Position numbers and translations under genes: made by a program. From a bacterium (lineage in GTDB: Bacteria > Zhuqueibacterota > Zhuqueibacteria > Residuimicrobiales > Krinioviventaceae): a stretch of 64,000 nucleotides of DNA. Positions 51,386-61,600 of this stretch are shown in pieces. The notes under the pieces are model-generated. The model had not been told where the DNA came from, searched no databases, and worked only from the letters and a program-made list of their open reading frames with translations. Numbering within the stretch: position 1 is the first letter of the stretch; each line of letters starts with the position of its first letter. The DNA lies in the NCBI GenBank assembly GCA_963675755.2, contig CAXXMD010000002.1:2112001-2176000 (forward strand), read 5' to 3'.

Positions 51386-51721
51386 CTAGTCAGCAATAAA
51401 ATCCTCGCGTATGGGTGTAAATGTATCTAATATCAGGACGTCCTCATCCCCTATAACTGTAACACCATGTTTAACATTTGAAGCAACCAGATATCCCTCA
51501 CCGGCTTTTAACTCTTTTTCTTCACCGGCAATATTTGCAATCAATTTGCCCTGTAAAATATATCCTGTCTGCTCATGTGGATGGCTATGGACCGGTGCAA
51601 CGGTCCCTGCTTTCAGTTCTACAAGAACATGCATCAAATTACCAATCCATATTTGTTTTCTGCGGGTATTTTCATCCACAGTTATCCATTCCAGTTCGTC
51701 CCAATTGAAAAATACACTCAT
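51386..51721 (-). CDS. Cupin domain protein (KdgF-like)
   Basis: Motifs HSHPHEQTGY..G, NVKHG and DTFTPIREDF. Confidence 0.85.
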   Translation of the reverse strand: MSVFFNWDELEWITVDENTRRKQIWIGNLMHVLVELKAGTVAPVHSHPHEQTGYILQGKLIANIAGEEKELKAGEGYLVASNVKHGVTVIGDEDVLILDTFTPIREDFIAD

Positions 51722-54081
51722 GATTCACTCTGATCTTTTTTATCATCAATATTTTCTGTAGTCTTGCGCATTTCACGTGACAGTTTCAGGAATTCATCCG
51801 GAAGCATCTCTTTAATATAAACCATACCATGACTTGCGCGTATTCTGGGATGCTGGTTTTCATAAAAGAATTCTCTACCCAGGCATGTTTTAATATCCAG
51901 ATATTGTTCTACCATAATCTTGCGAGCCAGGCGGGAGAACGGTCCATCCAGTTCATAACTGGGGAACGATGCATTGCGCTGTGATCCAAAACACTTGTCA
52001 AACGCATTTTCCAAAACAGCCATAGAATTCAGCGAAACCGGGACCAGTATATTAACATCCGTGGGATGAAAACGGTACCACACATTCCTGTAACCCCAGA
52101 CCTTGACATCCTTACGTCCGGTCTTTGCAATATATTCTTTTAAAGATTCTGCAATAACTTGCAGTACCTTGTAATGCGTATCCGGTCCGCTGGCTTCAGG
52201 ATCAAGTGCCACGGTCACAATAGATGGCTGAATCTTCATCATCTGACGCAGAACCGGCGCCACATCGCGATCTACAGTAGGTTCTTCGGTAAAGATATCT
52301 CCTTTGTAGAATCCTAAACGCATATGGTGAACATTATTATTATTAAAGCCCAAATATCCCCATAACAGGTCCGCTTCCCATTCCCTAATCATACCCTTAA
52401 ATTGTTGTATATAGGGCAGATCTTTTTTACCGGGATATTGAGACTCGAAATACATTTGCAGTTCACTGATCCGGTTCTTTAATTGTTTAATGCCCGGTTC
52501 TTCAAATAAAAAGATCAGGTTCCGTAGCATGCGTCGCGCTTCACCTTCATTCTGCATGGTCCTGCTATGTGCTGCCACACCATCCAGATATTTATAAACA
52601 TCACGGTTACGTGCAGTGTAATTGTCGTTATCAAAATAATTTTCACTCATCAAATGTTCACAAATGGGTGTGTCCATATAAGACAATAACATATTGATCC
52701 TGTCAAGCACAAAGCTGTTGGTCACAGCATTAAACCCGCTTGTCATATATGTAAAATGATGCTGATTTAAAGGAGTACGAACCAGATGCAAAATATAAGC
52801 CCAATACCCCAGCATAATATCATCATGATGTGGTGCGGTATGCAGGAACACCTGATTTTCCAGCATTTCTAAACCGCGATCAATTTTTTGGGTCAGATCA
52901 GTATGTGTTTGTTCTTTCAGATTTTTAACTGCTAGATCCCGTTTTTCCAACAAATGCGCGGCAAAACGATTACTCTCAAAGTCTTGCTTATCCAACTCCA
53001 GCAGACGCTTATTTTTTTCCAGTGCCAGTCCGGTAACAATTTTGCCAATTTGCTCTTGTGTAACCTTGCCTTTACACAGATCTGCGTAATTGCGTTCATC
53101 CAGTTGAGATGCTGCACCACGAGTTAAATAAAACCGGCTGTTCTTCAAAGATTGCAATACAGTTGCAGGGTACACATTACATGCCTCTTCCTGAACGGCC
53201 TCCCGCACAACACGTGCTTTTGCCTCTCCTGCTGCAATAATAATTGCAACAGCTTCAGGATTATAAATGATGGTTGACAAGCCAACAGTGATCACCAGTC
53301 TTTTTCGGGCAACTTCAATTCCACCCAAATCCGAAGCAGCTGCCGCCTGGGTCTCGTAATTGGTTGCTGTGAGTCGGGTTGTAGAATAATGATCTGAACC
53401 CAATACATTAAAACCAATATGCCCGTCGGGACCAATACCTCCTAGAAAAAATCCAATCCCTCCCATTTTGCGGATCTTGTCTTCATATTCTGTACAATAT
53501 TGATCAATATTCTGAATTACTTCTTTTTGAAGCCGTTCCTGGCTGTTACGACCTAAACGGGTGCGTAATCCCAAATCAACAACCTCATCAGGGAAAATCT
53601 CTTTCATGGTCATACCAGTAGGTATACCGGTATTCCAGGCATCTAACAACAGAGCTTTTTTGATATCAAGTCCAAAGCCCTCAATATAATATTTTTTTAT
53701 ATAGTATGAAAAGCTGTTACTTTGTGTAGAATTGATAGGATAAAATTCATCTATTTGAACAAATCTTAAATTTTTTGTAGACGGTTTTTTTGCCGGATCA
53801 AGACCACCAGCCTCCAGTTCCGCTGCAACTTGAGCATCGTTCCAGTTTTGCAGATAATATACAACCCATTTGATAAAATGTTCAGGAGTTTTACCGGTAG
53901 GCAAAGAGACAACACCATCCGGATTCTCTCCAATCCACTCTAAAAACCGCAAAGCAGTTAATCGACCCAATGCCGGAAAGTTATCAACCTCAAGTATGCC
54001 TATTTTTTCAGTTGGACTGTATTGAAAGCGGCGTTTGCTCGAATCAAGCGCCAGTTGTTCTACTTTGGATTGTAACTTCAT
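51718..54081 (-). CDS. nagB: Glucosamine-6-phosphate deaminase fused to a PIG-L/LmbE-like deacetylase domain
   Basis: NagB motifs LPTGKTP, QIDEFY and GGIGPDGHIGFN; C-terminal APHHDDIML and ALDPEASGPDTH metal-binding motifs. Start ATG at 54081 after GGAG. Confidence 0.85.
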   Translation of the reverse strand: MKLQSKVEQLALDSSKRRFQYSPTEKIGILEVDNFPALGRLTALRFLEWIGENPDGVVSLPTGKTPEHFIKWVVYYLQNWNDAQVAAELEAGGLDPAKKPSTKNLRFVQIDEFYPINSTQSNSFSYYIKKYYIEGFGLDIKKALLLDAWNTGIPTGMTMKEIFPDEVVDLGLRTRLGRNSQERLQKEVIQNIDQYCTEYEDKIRKMGGIGFFLGGIGPDGHIGFNVLGSDHYSTTRLTATNYETQAAAASDLGGIEVARKRLVITVGLSTIIYNPEAVAIIIAAGEAKARVVREAVQEEACNVYPATVLQSLKNSRFYLTRGAASQLDERNYADLCKGKVTQEQIGKIVTGLALEKNKRLLELDKQDFESNRFAAHLLEKRDLAVKNLKEQTHTDLTQKIDRGLEMLENQVFLHTAPHHDDIMLGYWAYILHLVRTPLNQHHFTYMTSGFNAVTNSFVLDRINMLLSYMDTPICEHLMSENYFDNDNYTARNRDVYKYLDGVAAHSRTMQNEGEARRMLRNLIFLFEEPGIKQLKNRISELQMYFESQYPGKKDLPYIQQFKGMIREWEADLLWGYLGFNNNNVHHMRLGFYKGDIFTEEPTVDRDVAPVLRQMMKIQPSIVTVALDPEASGPDTHYKVLQVIAESLKEYIAKTGRKDVKVWGYRNVWYRFHPTDVNILVPVSLNSMAVLENAFDKCFGSQRNASFPSYELDGPFSRLARKIMVEQYLDIKTCLGREFFYENQHPRIRASHGMVYIKEMLPDEFLKLSREMRKTTENIDDKKDQSES

Positions 54082-54106
54082 ATACTTTTTACTCCTTCCA
54101 GGGTTC

Positions 54107-56338
54107 TTATGATTTCTTTCTATAATAAAATAATAGTAAAGAAACCAAACCACCAACAAACAAGACAATCAGGGAATTTATAAAGCCATAAAGGGGAATT
54201 AAAATACCGCCAACTGTCAATGCACCAGCGGCACCGCCCAAAACGTCTGCCGCATAATAATATCCACCGTTTTTTTCTTTTGTACGAAAAGCTGCCAGGC
54301 TGCACAGAACCGGAAAAAATCCACCGGTTAATGCTCCGGATGCAAAAACAATTAATAAAAAAAACAATGGTGTATCAAAACGGCCCGATATGAGGATTAT
54401 CGGCCACATCAGGCCGATTAATAATATAAGCAAAATAAAGTAAAAAAATAACACTTTTTTTAACCACTTTTGGCAGGCACATTTTCGCATCCATTGCGCG
54501 GCAATTACTAAACCCAGCATGTAAATACCTATGGTCAAACCGATCCATTCATATATATATCCATATAATACCTGAAATGCAAATATAAGCAACAATTCAA
54601 GCGCCATACCCGCAAATCCCGCATAAATCATAATCAGTATTCCCAGACTGGATGTACGGACTCGTTTCCCCGAGAAATAAATCCACGCCAGCAAAACAAC
54701 ACTGAATACCATAACACCAGACAGAATCCGGCTAAACGGAACATCAATTAACCATTTCAACAAAGAATGGCTATCATCCTGAATCTTGTCCCACAATAAA
54801 TAATCATAATAATATGCAATAGGAGAATAATCGTGGTTTGCTCGGGAAACATGTGTCGTCTTTAACAGCGTATCCAAATCCGCTATCCGTTGCGGCATTA
54901 AATATTGCAAAAACATACCGCTGAAAAAATAGTCAAAAGTTACCCCCCGTTCCTGGTATCGCTCTGCAAGTATTTGGGGATTTCTTTGCAGCACATCAAG
55001 ATTTCCGGATGCAAAATAAATTGCCTGATCTCCGGGCAATACAAGTATATCTTTAAACTCGACCTGCAGGTCCTGGTACAATCCTGCATTTAATTGCAAT
55101 AACTCGTCACCAAGATAATTTTCCGCCGAAGGAAATCCATCAATTACAAATATGCCAGAACTCTTTAATCTTGAATAAACCAGTTTAAAAAATTCTCGGG
55201 TATAATATCGGTTACTCTCACCGGTAGAGGGAGCTCCTTTATGAATAATAATCAAATCATATTCTTCTTTTTCCCGTTCAAGAAATCTTCGCCCGTCCGT
55301 AAACAAGAGTTTAATATTATCCTGCTCATCAACCGAATCCAGCATCCCCTTTGCGTACTGTTTTGCCAGTTCAAATGCATCCCGGTTTTGTTCTATACAT
55401 GTGATTTGGAAATCGGTATAACGCCCCACCTCGTTTAAAAGCCCGCTAAATGCCCCGCCAATAATTAATATTTTATATGGATTAGGGTGTTGATTTATAA
55501 TCAGCGCCGCCTGTTCCTGTACACCAATAATATCTGGCAATTGGGTTAATTTTGTACCATTGTTGTATAGAAAATAATCACCACCCCAGTCAATCACGCT
55601 CAGCTCACCGTATCTTGATTGTGTACCATCTAAATAATTCATTCCTTCACCAAACGTTTGCCAATAGTGCTGCATTTGGATTTTATAAAGGTGCCGTGGC
55701 AATGGAGACAATAACATGCCAAAGAGTAATATGGTAAAAACGAGGAGAGCTTTGTTGCGGGAAATATAAACCAGGTACACAAAACAGAAGCTAAAAACAA
55801 TCAGCAATACCTGCAAATTCACAAAAAATCGAAACAGAAACAAACTTGTCAACAGTCCAGCAATGGTGCTGCCTGCTGCTTCAAACACATATACGCCTGC
55901 TATTCCTTTCCCCGTCTGTCCGGTGTCTTTTGATAATCCGGAAAGGAATGTAAACATTACCCCCGCAAACATGCAGGGGAAAACCAGAACCAGAAATGCA
56001 AAAACTGCCAGGTTAGTGCTGGTTATATATTCTCCATAGGGTACATTTAAAAGAATACGAACATTTTTGATCGCTAATACCGCCAATAAAACGCTGGCAA
56101 AAAACAAAAATTGCAAAAAATAATAAAATTGGGATTGTTTAAAAAACGATGAGCGTAGAAAAACAGAAGCAAAACTTCCTGCGGCAACACAAATCAACCA
56201 AATAGCCAGCAGGATGCCAAAACAGGATTCATTTCCATAAAAGACTGCGTAAAACTCTCGCATCAAAACAATTTGTGCGGTTAGCGTTGTAATCCCAGTG
56301 ATTACAGCAAAGGAATGTAATTTATAAATATTTGACAT
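54107..56338 (-). CDS. Membrane-fused spermidine synthase-like protein
   Basis: N-terminal TMs (QIVLMREF..VFYGNE, VYVFEAAGS), a SAM-binding domain (ILIIGG, DGRRFL, YDLII, NRYYTREFF) and C-terminal TMs (YAADVLGG). Confidence 0.82.
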   Translation of the reverse strand: MSNIYKLHSFAVITGITTLTAQIVLMREFYAVFYGNESCFGILLAIWLICVAAGSFASVFLRSSFFKQSQFYYFLQFLFFASVLLAVLAIKNVRILLNVPYGEYITSTNLAVFAFLVLVFPCMFAGVMFTFLSGLSKDTGQTGKGIAGVYVFEAAGSTIAGLLTSLFLFRFFVNLQVLLIVFSFCFVYLVYISRNKALLVFTILLFGMLLSPLPRHLYKIQMQHYWQTFGEGMNYLDGTQSRYGELSVIDWGGDYFLYNNGTKLTQLPDIIGVQEQAALIINQHPNPYKILIIGGAFSGLLNEVGRYTDFQITCIEQNRDAFELAKQYAKGMLDSVDEQDNIKLLFTDGRRFLEREKEEYDLIIIHKGAPSTGESNRYYTREFFKLVYSRLKSSGIFVIDGFPSAENYLGDELLQLNAGLYQDLQVEFKDILVLPGDQAIYFASGNLDVLQRNPQILAERYQERGVTFDYFFSGMFLQYLMPQRIADLDTLLKTTHVSRANHDYSPIAYYYDYLLWDKIQDDSHSLLKWLIDVPFSRILSGVMVFSVVLLAWIYFSGKRVRTSSLGILIMIYAGFAGMALELLLIFAFQVLYGYIYEWIGLTIGIYMLGLVIAAQWMRKCACQKWLKKVLFFYFILLILLIGLMWPIILISGRFDTPLFFLLIVFASGALTGGFFPVLCSLAAFRTKEKNGGYYYAADVLGGAAGALTVGGILIPLYGFINSLIVLFVGGLVSLLLFYYRKKS

Positions 56339-56395
56339 GTCCTTACCGGATTGTTTACAATGATTTAATTTACAACCTTTGAGGACATTTCAAAT

Positions 56396-56434
56396 AAAAA
56401 AGGCCCGTGATTACTCTATCACAGGCCTTTCTTT
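56396..56434 (-). terminator. Intrinsic terminator after the thioredoxin gene
   Basis: Minus strand reads AAAGGCCTGTGAT-AGAGTA-ATCACGGGCCTTTTTT. Confidence 0.8.
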
Positions 56435-56453
56435 TATATATTATATACAATTA

Positions 56454-56978
56454 TCAGGATTTTTCACCACAATCCTGATTCTTCACATAATCTTCAAATG
56501 AAACATCTTTTTCCCAGCATCGATCATCAATAAAATTCAAAATTTGTAAAAACATATCTGCTTCAACATATCCCGGTACCAAAGTAATAATATCTCCATT
56601 CGTGTCCAGAAATGCCAGCGAAGGAAAACCGGTTACACCAAACGCCTGTGTCAACTGCGGATTGGTATAGGTCTGATCCTTGTAAACTACAGACTGTGCT
56701 CTGTCTTCTGCGTTCAACTTTACCGTTACAAAGCGTTCAGATAGTTTTTTAGCTACCGCGTCATCCTGAAAAGTTTTTTCATCCATTACTTTACACCAAT
56801 GACACCAATCTGCGTAAAAATCAACCAGAATCATCTTTTTTTCTTTTTCGGCTTTGGATAAACCATCGTTAAAACCTTTCCAATTTTTGCCCTCTGCCGC
56901 ACCAGAAATGCCTGTAAAAGCCAGAAATGTGATCAACATCAACCCGGCAATCATAAATTTTTGTTTATTGGTATACAT
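56454..56978 (-). CDS. Secreted thioredoxin-fold protein (SoxW/DsbD-gamma-like)
   Basis: Signal peptide, VDFYADWCHWCKVMD and GFPS cis-Pro loop; GGAG RBS before the ATG at 56978. Confidence 0.88.
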   Translation of the reverse strand: MYTNKQKFMIAGLMLITFLAFTGISGAAEGKNWKGFNDGLSKAEKEKKMILVDFYADWCHWCKVMDEKTFQDDAVAKKLSERFVTVKLNAEDRAQSVVYKDQTYTNPQLTQAFGVTGFPSLAFLDTNGDIITLVPGYVEADMFLQILNFIDDRCWEKDVSFEDYVKNQDCGEKS

Positions 56979-57218
56979 AATTTTCTCCATCAATTGAATA
57001 TTATTGTACTGTTATCTGTTCTCAGTAATTAGATGCACAAAACAAAAAAACAATTCAAAATATTTGAGCGATGTTGTTTTTTTTCTCCAGAATACTTATA
57101 ATTAAAATAAAAAACAAAAACAGCTTGTTATTCTATTCCTTACAGATTAAATTATTCATTATGCTCAGTAGTATACGACAGAATTTTTCCAACCTTGCAA
57201 GCCCACAGGGAGTATTAA

Positions 57219-58598
57219 ATGCCCATTAAATTCAAATTACTATTACTAACCGGTTTGATCTTGAGTTCCTGTACATCGGTTACGTTGAAACAGGATCTGG
57301 CAGATTATAAAGAGGAAATAAACGAACTGGCCAGTCAGATCAAAAGCAATCCCAACGACGCTCATGCATACAGAGATCTGGGTGTTATTTGTGTTAAAAC
57401 TGAAATGTATGACAAGGGTGAACAATATCTCAAAAAAGCAAATACCCTTGATCCTGACGATCCTCAAACGCAATTTTATTACGGACTGGCGCTCGAGTTT
57501 AATTTCAACAAAGAAAAAGCCTGGCAGATTTACCGGACCTACCCGGATGTTTCACGTCTGTCACCATATCGCAAACTCATGGAAGGTCGTTATACCCTTC
57601 TGGGTCGCGAAATTGCAGAAAAAGAGGCCCAGAATCTGTTACAATCTGAAAAAGATATAAATCCAAATGAATTGCATCCCAATCTGATTGCGGTTTTTCC
57701 CTTAAAAAACCAGAGCAGTAATCCCGAATATGACAATCTGGGACGAGGCATTGGAGAAATGCTTATTACCGATCTCAGTCAGGTCCCCAACCTTGAACTG
57801 GTTGAACGTATCCGCCTCAATGCGTTAATGGAAGAAATGGCTATGGGACAAACAGGAATGATCAAAGAAGGTTCCGAAGCCCAATTCGGCAAACTTTTAG
57901 GCGCTGGTAAAGCTGTAACCGGATTTTTTGATGTATATGGCAATGATTTACGCATGAATGTAGAACTTTGGGACCACCAAAAGTCCAATAAACCCCGCAG
58001 GGCCAACAATTCCAATTCACTCGAACAACTGTTTATTATGGAAAAAAGATTGGTTTTAGGTATTGTTGGCAGTATGGGCATTGAATTGACCCCGGAACAA
58101 CGTCGCGAGATCTTGTATATACCTACCAAAAACATTCGCGCGTTTATGGAATATTGTAATGGACTTGAAAAACAGGATAGCGGTCAGCTGGAAGCAGCAA
58201 GCCAGCATTTTAAACGCGCTGTAAAAATTGACCCCAAATTTCAGGTAAGCAAAAACAAGGTGAAAGAAACAGAAACAGCTATCAGCATGCTTCAGGCAGA
58301 TGAAGAACAACTGGTTGCAATGGCCAGCCAGGTTGAAGCACAAACAGATCTGCGCCAGGAAACGATCAACAATACATTGTTAAACGGGCAATACAAGGTC
58401 AACCGCAGATTGCAAAGTCAATCTTCCAATGTAGGCTCTACATTTATACCGGGTGAAGACTCGCGTAAAACCAGTGAAGAAGCTGTAGGCTCTGAAACAG
58501 ATTTGGGAGATGATATTGTTATAGACGTGTTACCCCAAAAAACTGATATTTTGCCTGATCCGCCTGCACCACCATCACCACCCATTCTGGGTCGATAA
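57219..58598 (+). CDS. TPR lipoprotein with a CsgG/HfaB (FlgO/TolB-N-like) domain
   Basis: Lipobox LSSC; TPRs; IAVFPLKN...LGRGIGEMLITDLSQV.NLELVER..L..LMEE....QTG......AQFGKLLGA; a further TPR; Pro-rich tail. Confidence 0.8.
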   Translation: MPIKFKLLLLTGLILSSCTSVTLKQDLADYKEEINELASQIKSNPNDAHAYRDLGVICVKTEMYDKGEQYLKKANTLDPDDPQTQFYYGLALEFNFNKEKAWQIYRTYPDVSRLSPYRKLMEGRYTLLGREIAEKEAQNLLQSEKDINPNELHPNLIAVFPLKNQSSNPEYDNLGRGIGEMLITDLSQVPNLELVERIRLNALMEEMAMGQTGMIKEGSEAQFGKLLGAGKAVTGFFDVYGNDLRMNVELWDHQKSNKPRRANNSNSLEQLFIMEKRLVLGIVGSMGIELTPEQRREILYIPTKNIRAFMEYCNGLEKQDSGQLEAASQHFKRAVKIDPKFQVSKNKVKETETAISMLQADEEQLVAMASQVEAQTDLRQETINNTLLNGQYKVNRRLQSQSSNVGSTFIPGEDSRKTSEEAVGSETDLGDDIVIDVLPQKTDILPDPPAPPSPPILGR

Positions 58599-58637
58599 TT
58601 CGTATACTAACTCTCTTTGAATGTCAAGGACAGATTA

Positions 58638-61600
58638 ATGATAATTAAAAACAATTTTTCATATTCGCTTCTACTGTGTATTGTACTGCTATTCACACAA
58701 ACACTTTTAGCACAGAATATCTGGCAGCAAACCAGTGGTCCCGAAGGTGGTTCCGCACAGTATGTTTATACCAACGGACCGGGGCGTTTAATCGCTGCTG
58801 GTGGTATGAATATTTTTCGTTCTGTTGATAATGGGGCATCATGGGTTGATATCACTTATAATATGCAGGTATCCAACATCAATGCTATGGATGTCAACAC
58901 AACAGGTGATATTTTTGTCGGCAGCTATATGGGTGCATTATACAGACTCGACAATAACTCAACTACATGGCAGGATCTCAGTAATAACATTATTGGAACA
59001 GATAATATTAACAAAATCGCTGTCGACTCTTCCGGTAATATTTTTGCTTCCACTGCAACAAATCTTTATCGGTCATCAGATAACGGTGCCAGTTGGTTAG
59101 CTTCACCATTGCCCGCAGGTCCCTTTGAATCTGTTGACGTTATTCATATAGGACCTAATGGAAGAATGTTCGCGGGAAATTATAATGGCATTCAATATTC
59201 AGATGATTCGGGAGACAACTGGACACCATTGACTACGGGAACAACGGCTTATACCATAGCAGAAACAAGTACCGGAGGTATTTTCCTAGGTTCATATGAA
59301 GGTATTCGCTATGCACCGGATACAGGTGGAAATTTCTCTTTTTTCAATACCGGACTCCCCGCTAGTGTAGATATACGCTCTTTGGTGATTGGCACTACCG
59401 GAACTATTTACGCCGGCGCATTGGGTGGATTTTATGTATCAACAGATAATGGCAACAACTGGACAGCAGCCGTAACCGGATTGACCGCCAAAGATGTGTA
59501 TAGCCTTTCCCGACAGGCAGATAATACGCTGCTTGCCGGTACTGAAAATGGCCTGTTTATTACATCAAACGACGGAGCAAACTGGTCCCGCAACATTAGC
59601 GGTTTTATTAATACGGGTATAAATCAAATTATTGAATATTCAGACGGCAGCTTTTTTGCCGCAAGCGACTTTGGCTTATTTCAATCCACGGATAATGGTG
59701 AATCCTGGACCGCCATCGCCCATTTCGATACCATGCAGGTTCGCGCACTGCTTCAAAATGCTTCAGGAACCTTGTTCGCAGGTACCGGATTTCATGGTTT
59801 GTGGCGTTCTACAGATAACGGCGCAAACTGGTCCAACGCCAACAATGGATTGACAAATAGCGAAGTTCTTGAACTGGAAGTAGATGATCTGGACCAGTTA
59901 TTTTTAACCAACTATAGTGGTGTCTATCGTTCGACAGATAATGGAGACAACTGGAGCAGTGTTTATAGCGGATATGAAGCTGTTGACATGATTGTAGACG
60001 AAAACAACTATATCTATTTTGCGTCATATGACGGCATATATCGCTCTACCAATAATGGTACCGACTGGAGCGTCGTCAACGCCAATCTCACCAATATCAA
60101 TGCATTGGAAAACCGGGATGATGGCTATCTTTATGCAGGTACAATGAATGGAATGTTCCGTTCTAATGATCTGGGTGTTAATTGGACCCTGATCAATACA
60201 GGGCTAACAACTCCCAGCATTAGATCTCTGCTTGTAACGCGCAAAGGTCATATTTTTGCGGGTGCCGATTCCGGCCAGGTATTTTTATCAACTGATCTTG
60301 GTGATTCATGGAGCATTTACAATAGCGGCATCTCCAATGCAATGGTCCATACATTAGTTATTAACGATAACAGCAATCTACTTGCCGGCACCAAAGGCAG
60401 TGGTATTTTCAGTACGATTTACGACAATGCTGTATTTTCAGTTAATCCCCCATCTCAACTGGATTTTGGTAACGTACGTGTTCAGGTGGGTAAAACAGAT
60501 TCAATAGAATTTACCAACATTGGCTATCTTTCACATCAAATACAAAATGCTGTTGTATCCGGTACGGATGCAGGTGCATTTACTGCATTTATTAATACCA
60601 CAGATATTCAACCCAGTGGAACAGGATATGTTAACATTGAATTCAATCCCCAGGGTGTAGGACAAAAAATCGCTACGCTTGAAGTCACAACAAACGGAGG
60701 TAATATACAAATTGGGCTTACCGGTATAGGTGTTTCCCCGATACTGAATGTTGCTCAAACAAGCGTGGAATTTGATTCAACCCGCACCGCCACAACATCC
60801 ATTGATTCAATTTTTATTTCCAATACGGGTACAGATACACTCAACATCACCCAGGCTGCAATCAATGGCACGAATCCCGGCCAATTCTCAGTCGATGCCC
60901 CACCAGCGCCTATTCCACCATCCGAAGGAGCCTGGCTGAATGTCTATTTTACACCTTCAAATACAGGTAGTTTTAGTGCAACGTTAAATCTCTTGAGTGA
61001 TGGCGGACTCGGACAAATTGCATTAACCGGAGTTGGTGTTGAACCGCAAATGGCAGTTTCTGCCAATACCCTGGATTTTGGAGATGTAAGCATTACCAAC
61101 CCCCTCACACTGGATGTAACGGTTTCCAATGCAGGCAACACGGCCCTGAATGTAAGTGAAGCACTGGTAACCGGAACCGATTTGACATTTTTCAATGTCT
61201 CCCCTCAATTTTTCACAGTGCCCGCAGGAGGCAGTCAAATTGTATCTGTTACCTTTTCACCCGACCAGGTCAGATCGTACAGCGCAAGTCTTGCCTTTTT
61301 CAGCGACGCGGGTGAACAATTTGTTACCCTTTCCGGGAATGGTATCAACGCAAGTTTAGAGACCTCTCCCGATTCACTTTATTTCGGCATTGCTCAGGTA
61401 AGTGCTTCTGTACGGGATACCCTCTACCTGAACAATACGGGTACATCCACTGTTACCGTTTCATCTTTTGAATTATCCGGAGCAAATGCCTCTGCATTTT
61501 CGGTTTTAACAGGTACTCCCCTGACAATAGGGGCCAGTTCCACTATAGCCATCCCAATAGATTTTGCACCCCAGTTTGCAGGTTTCCACATAGCAACGCT

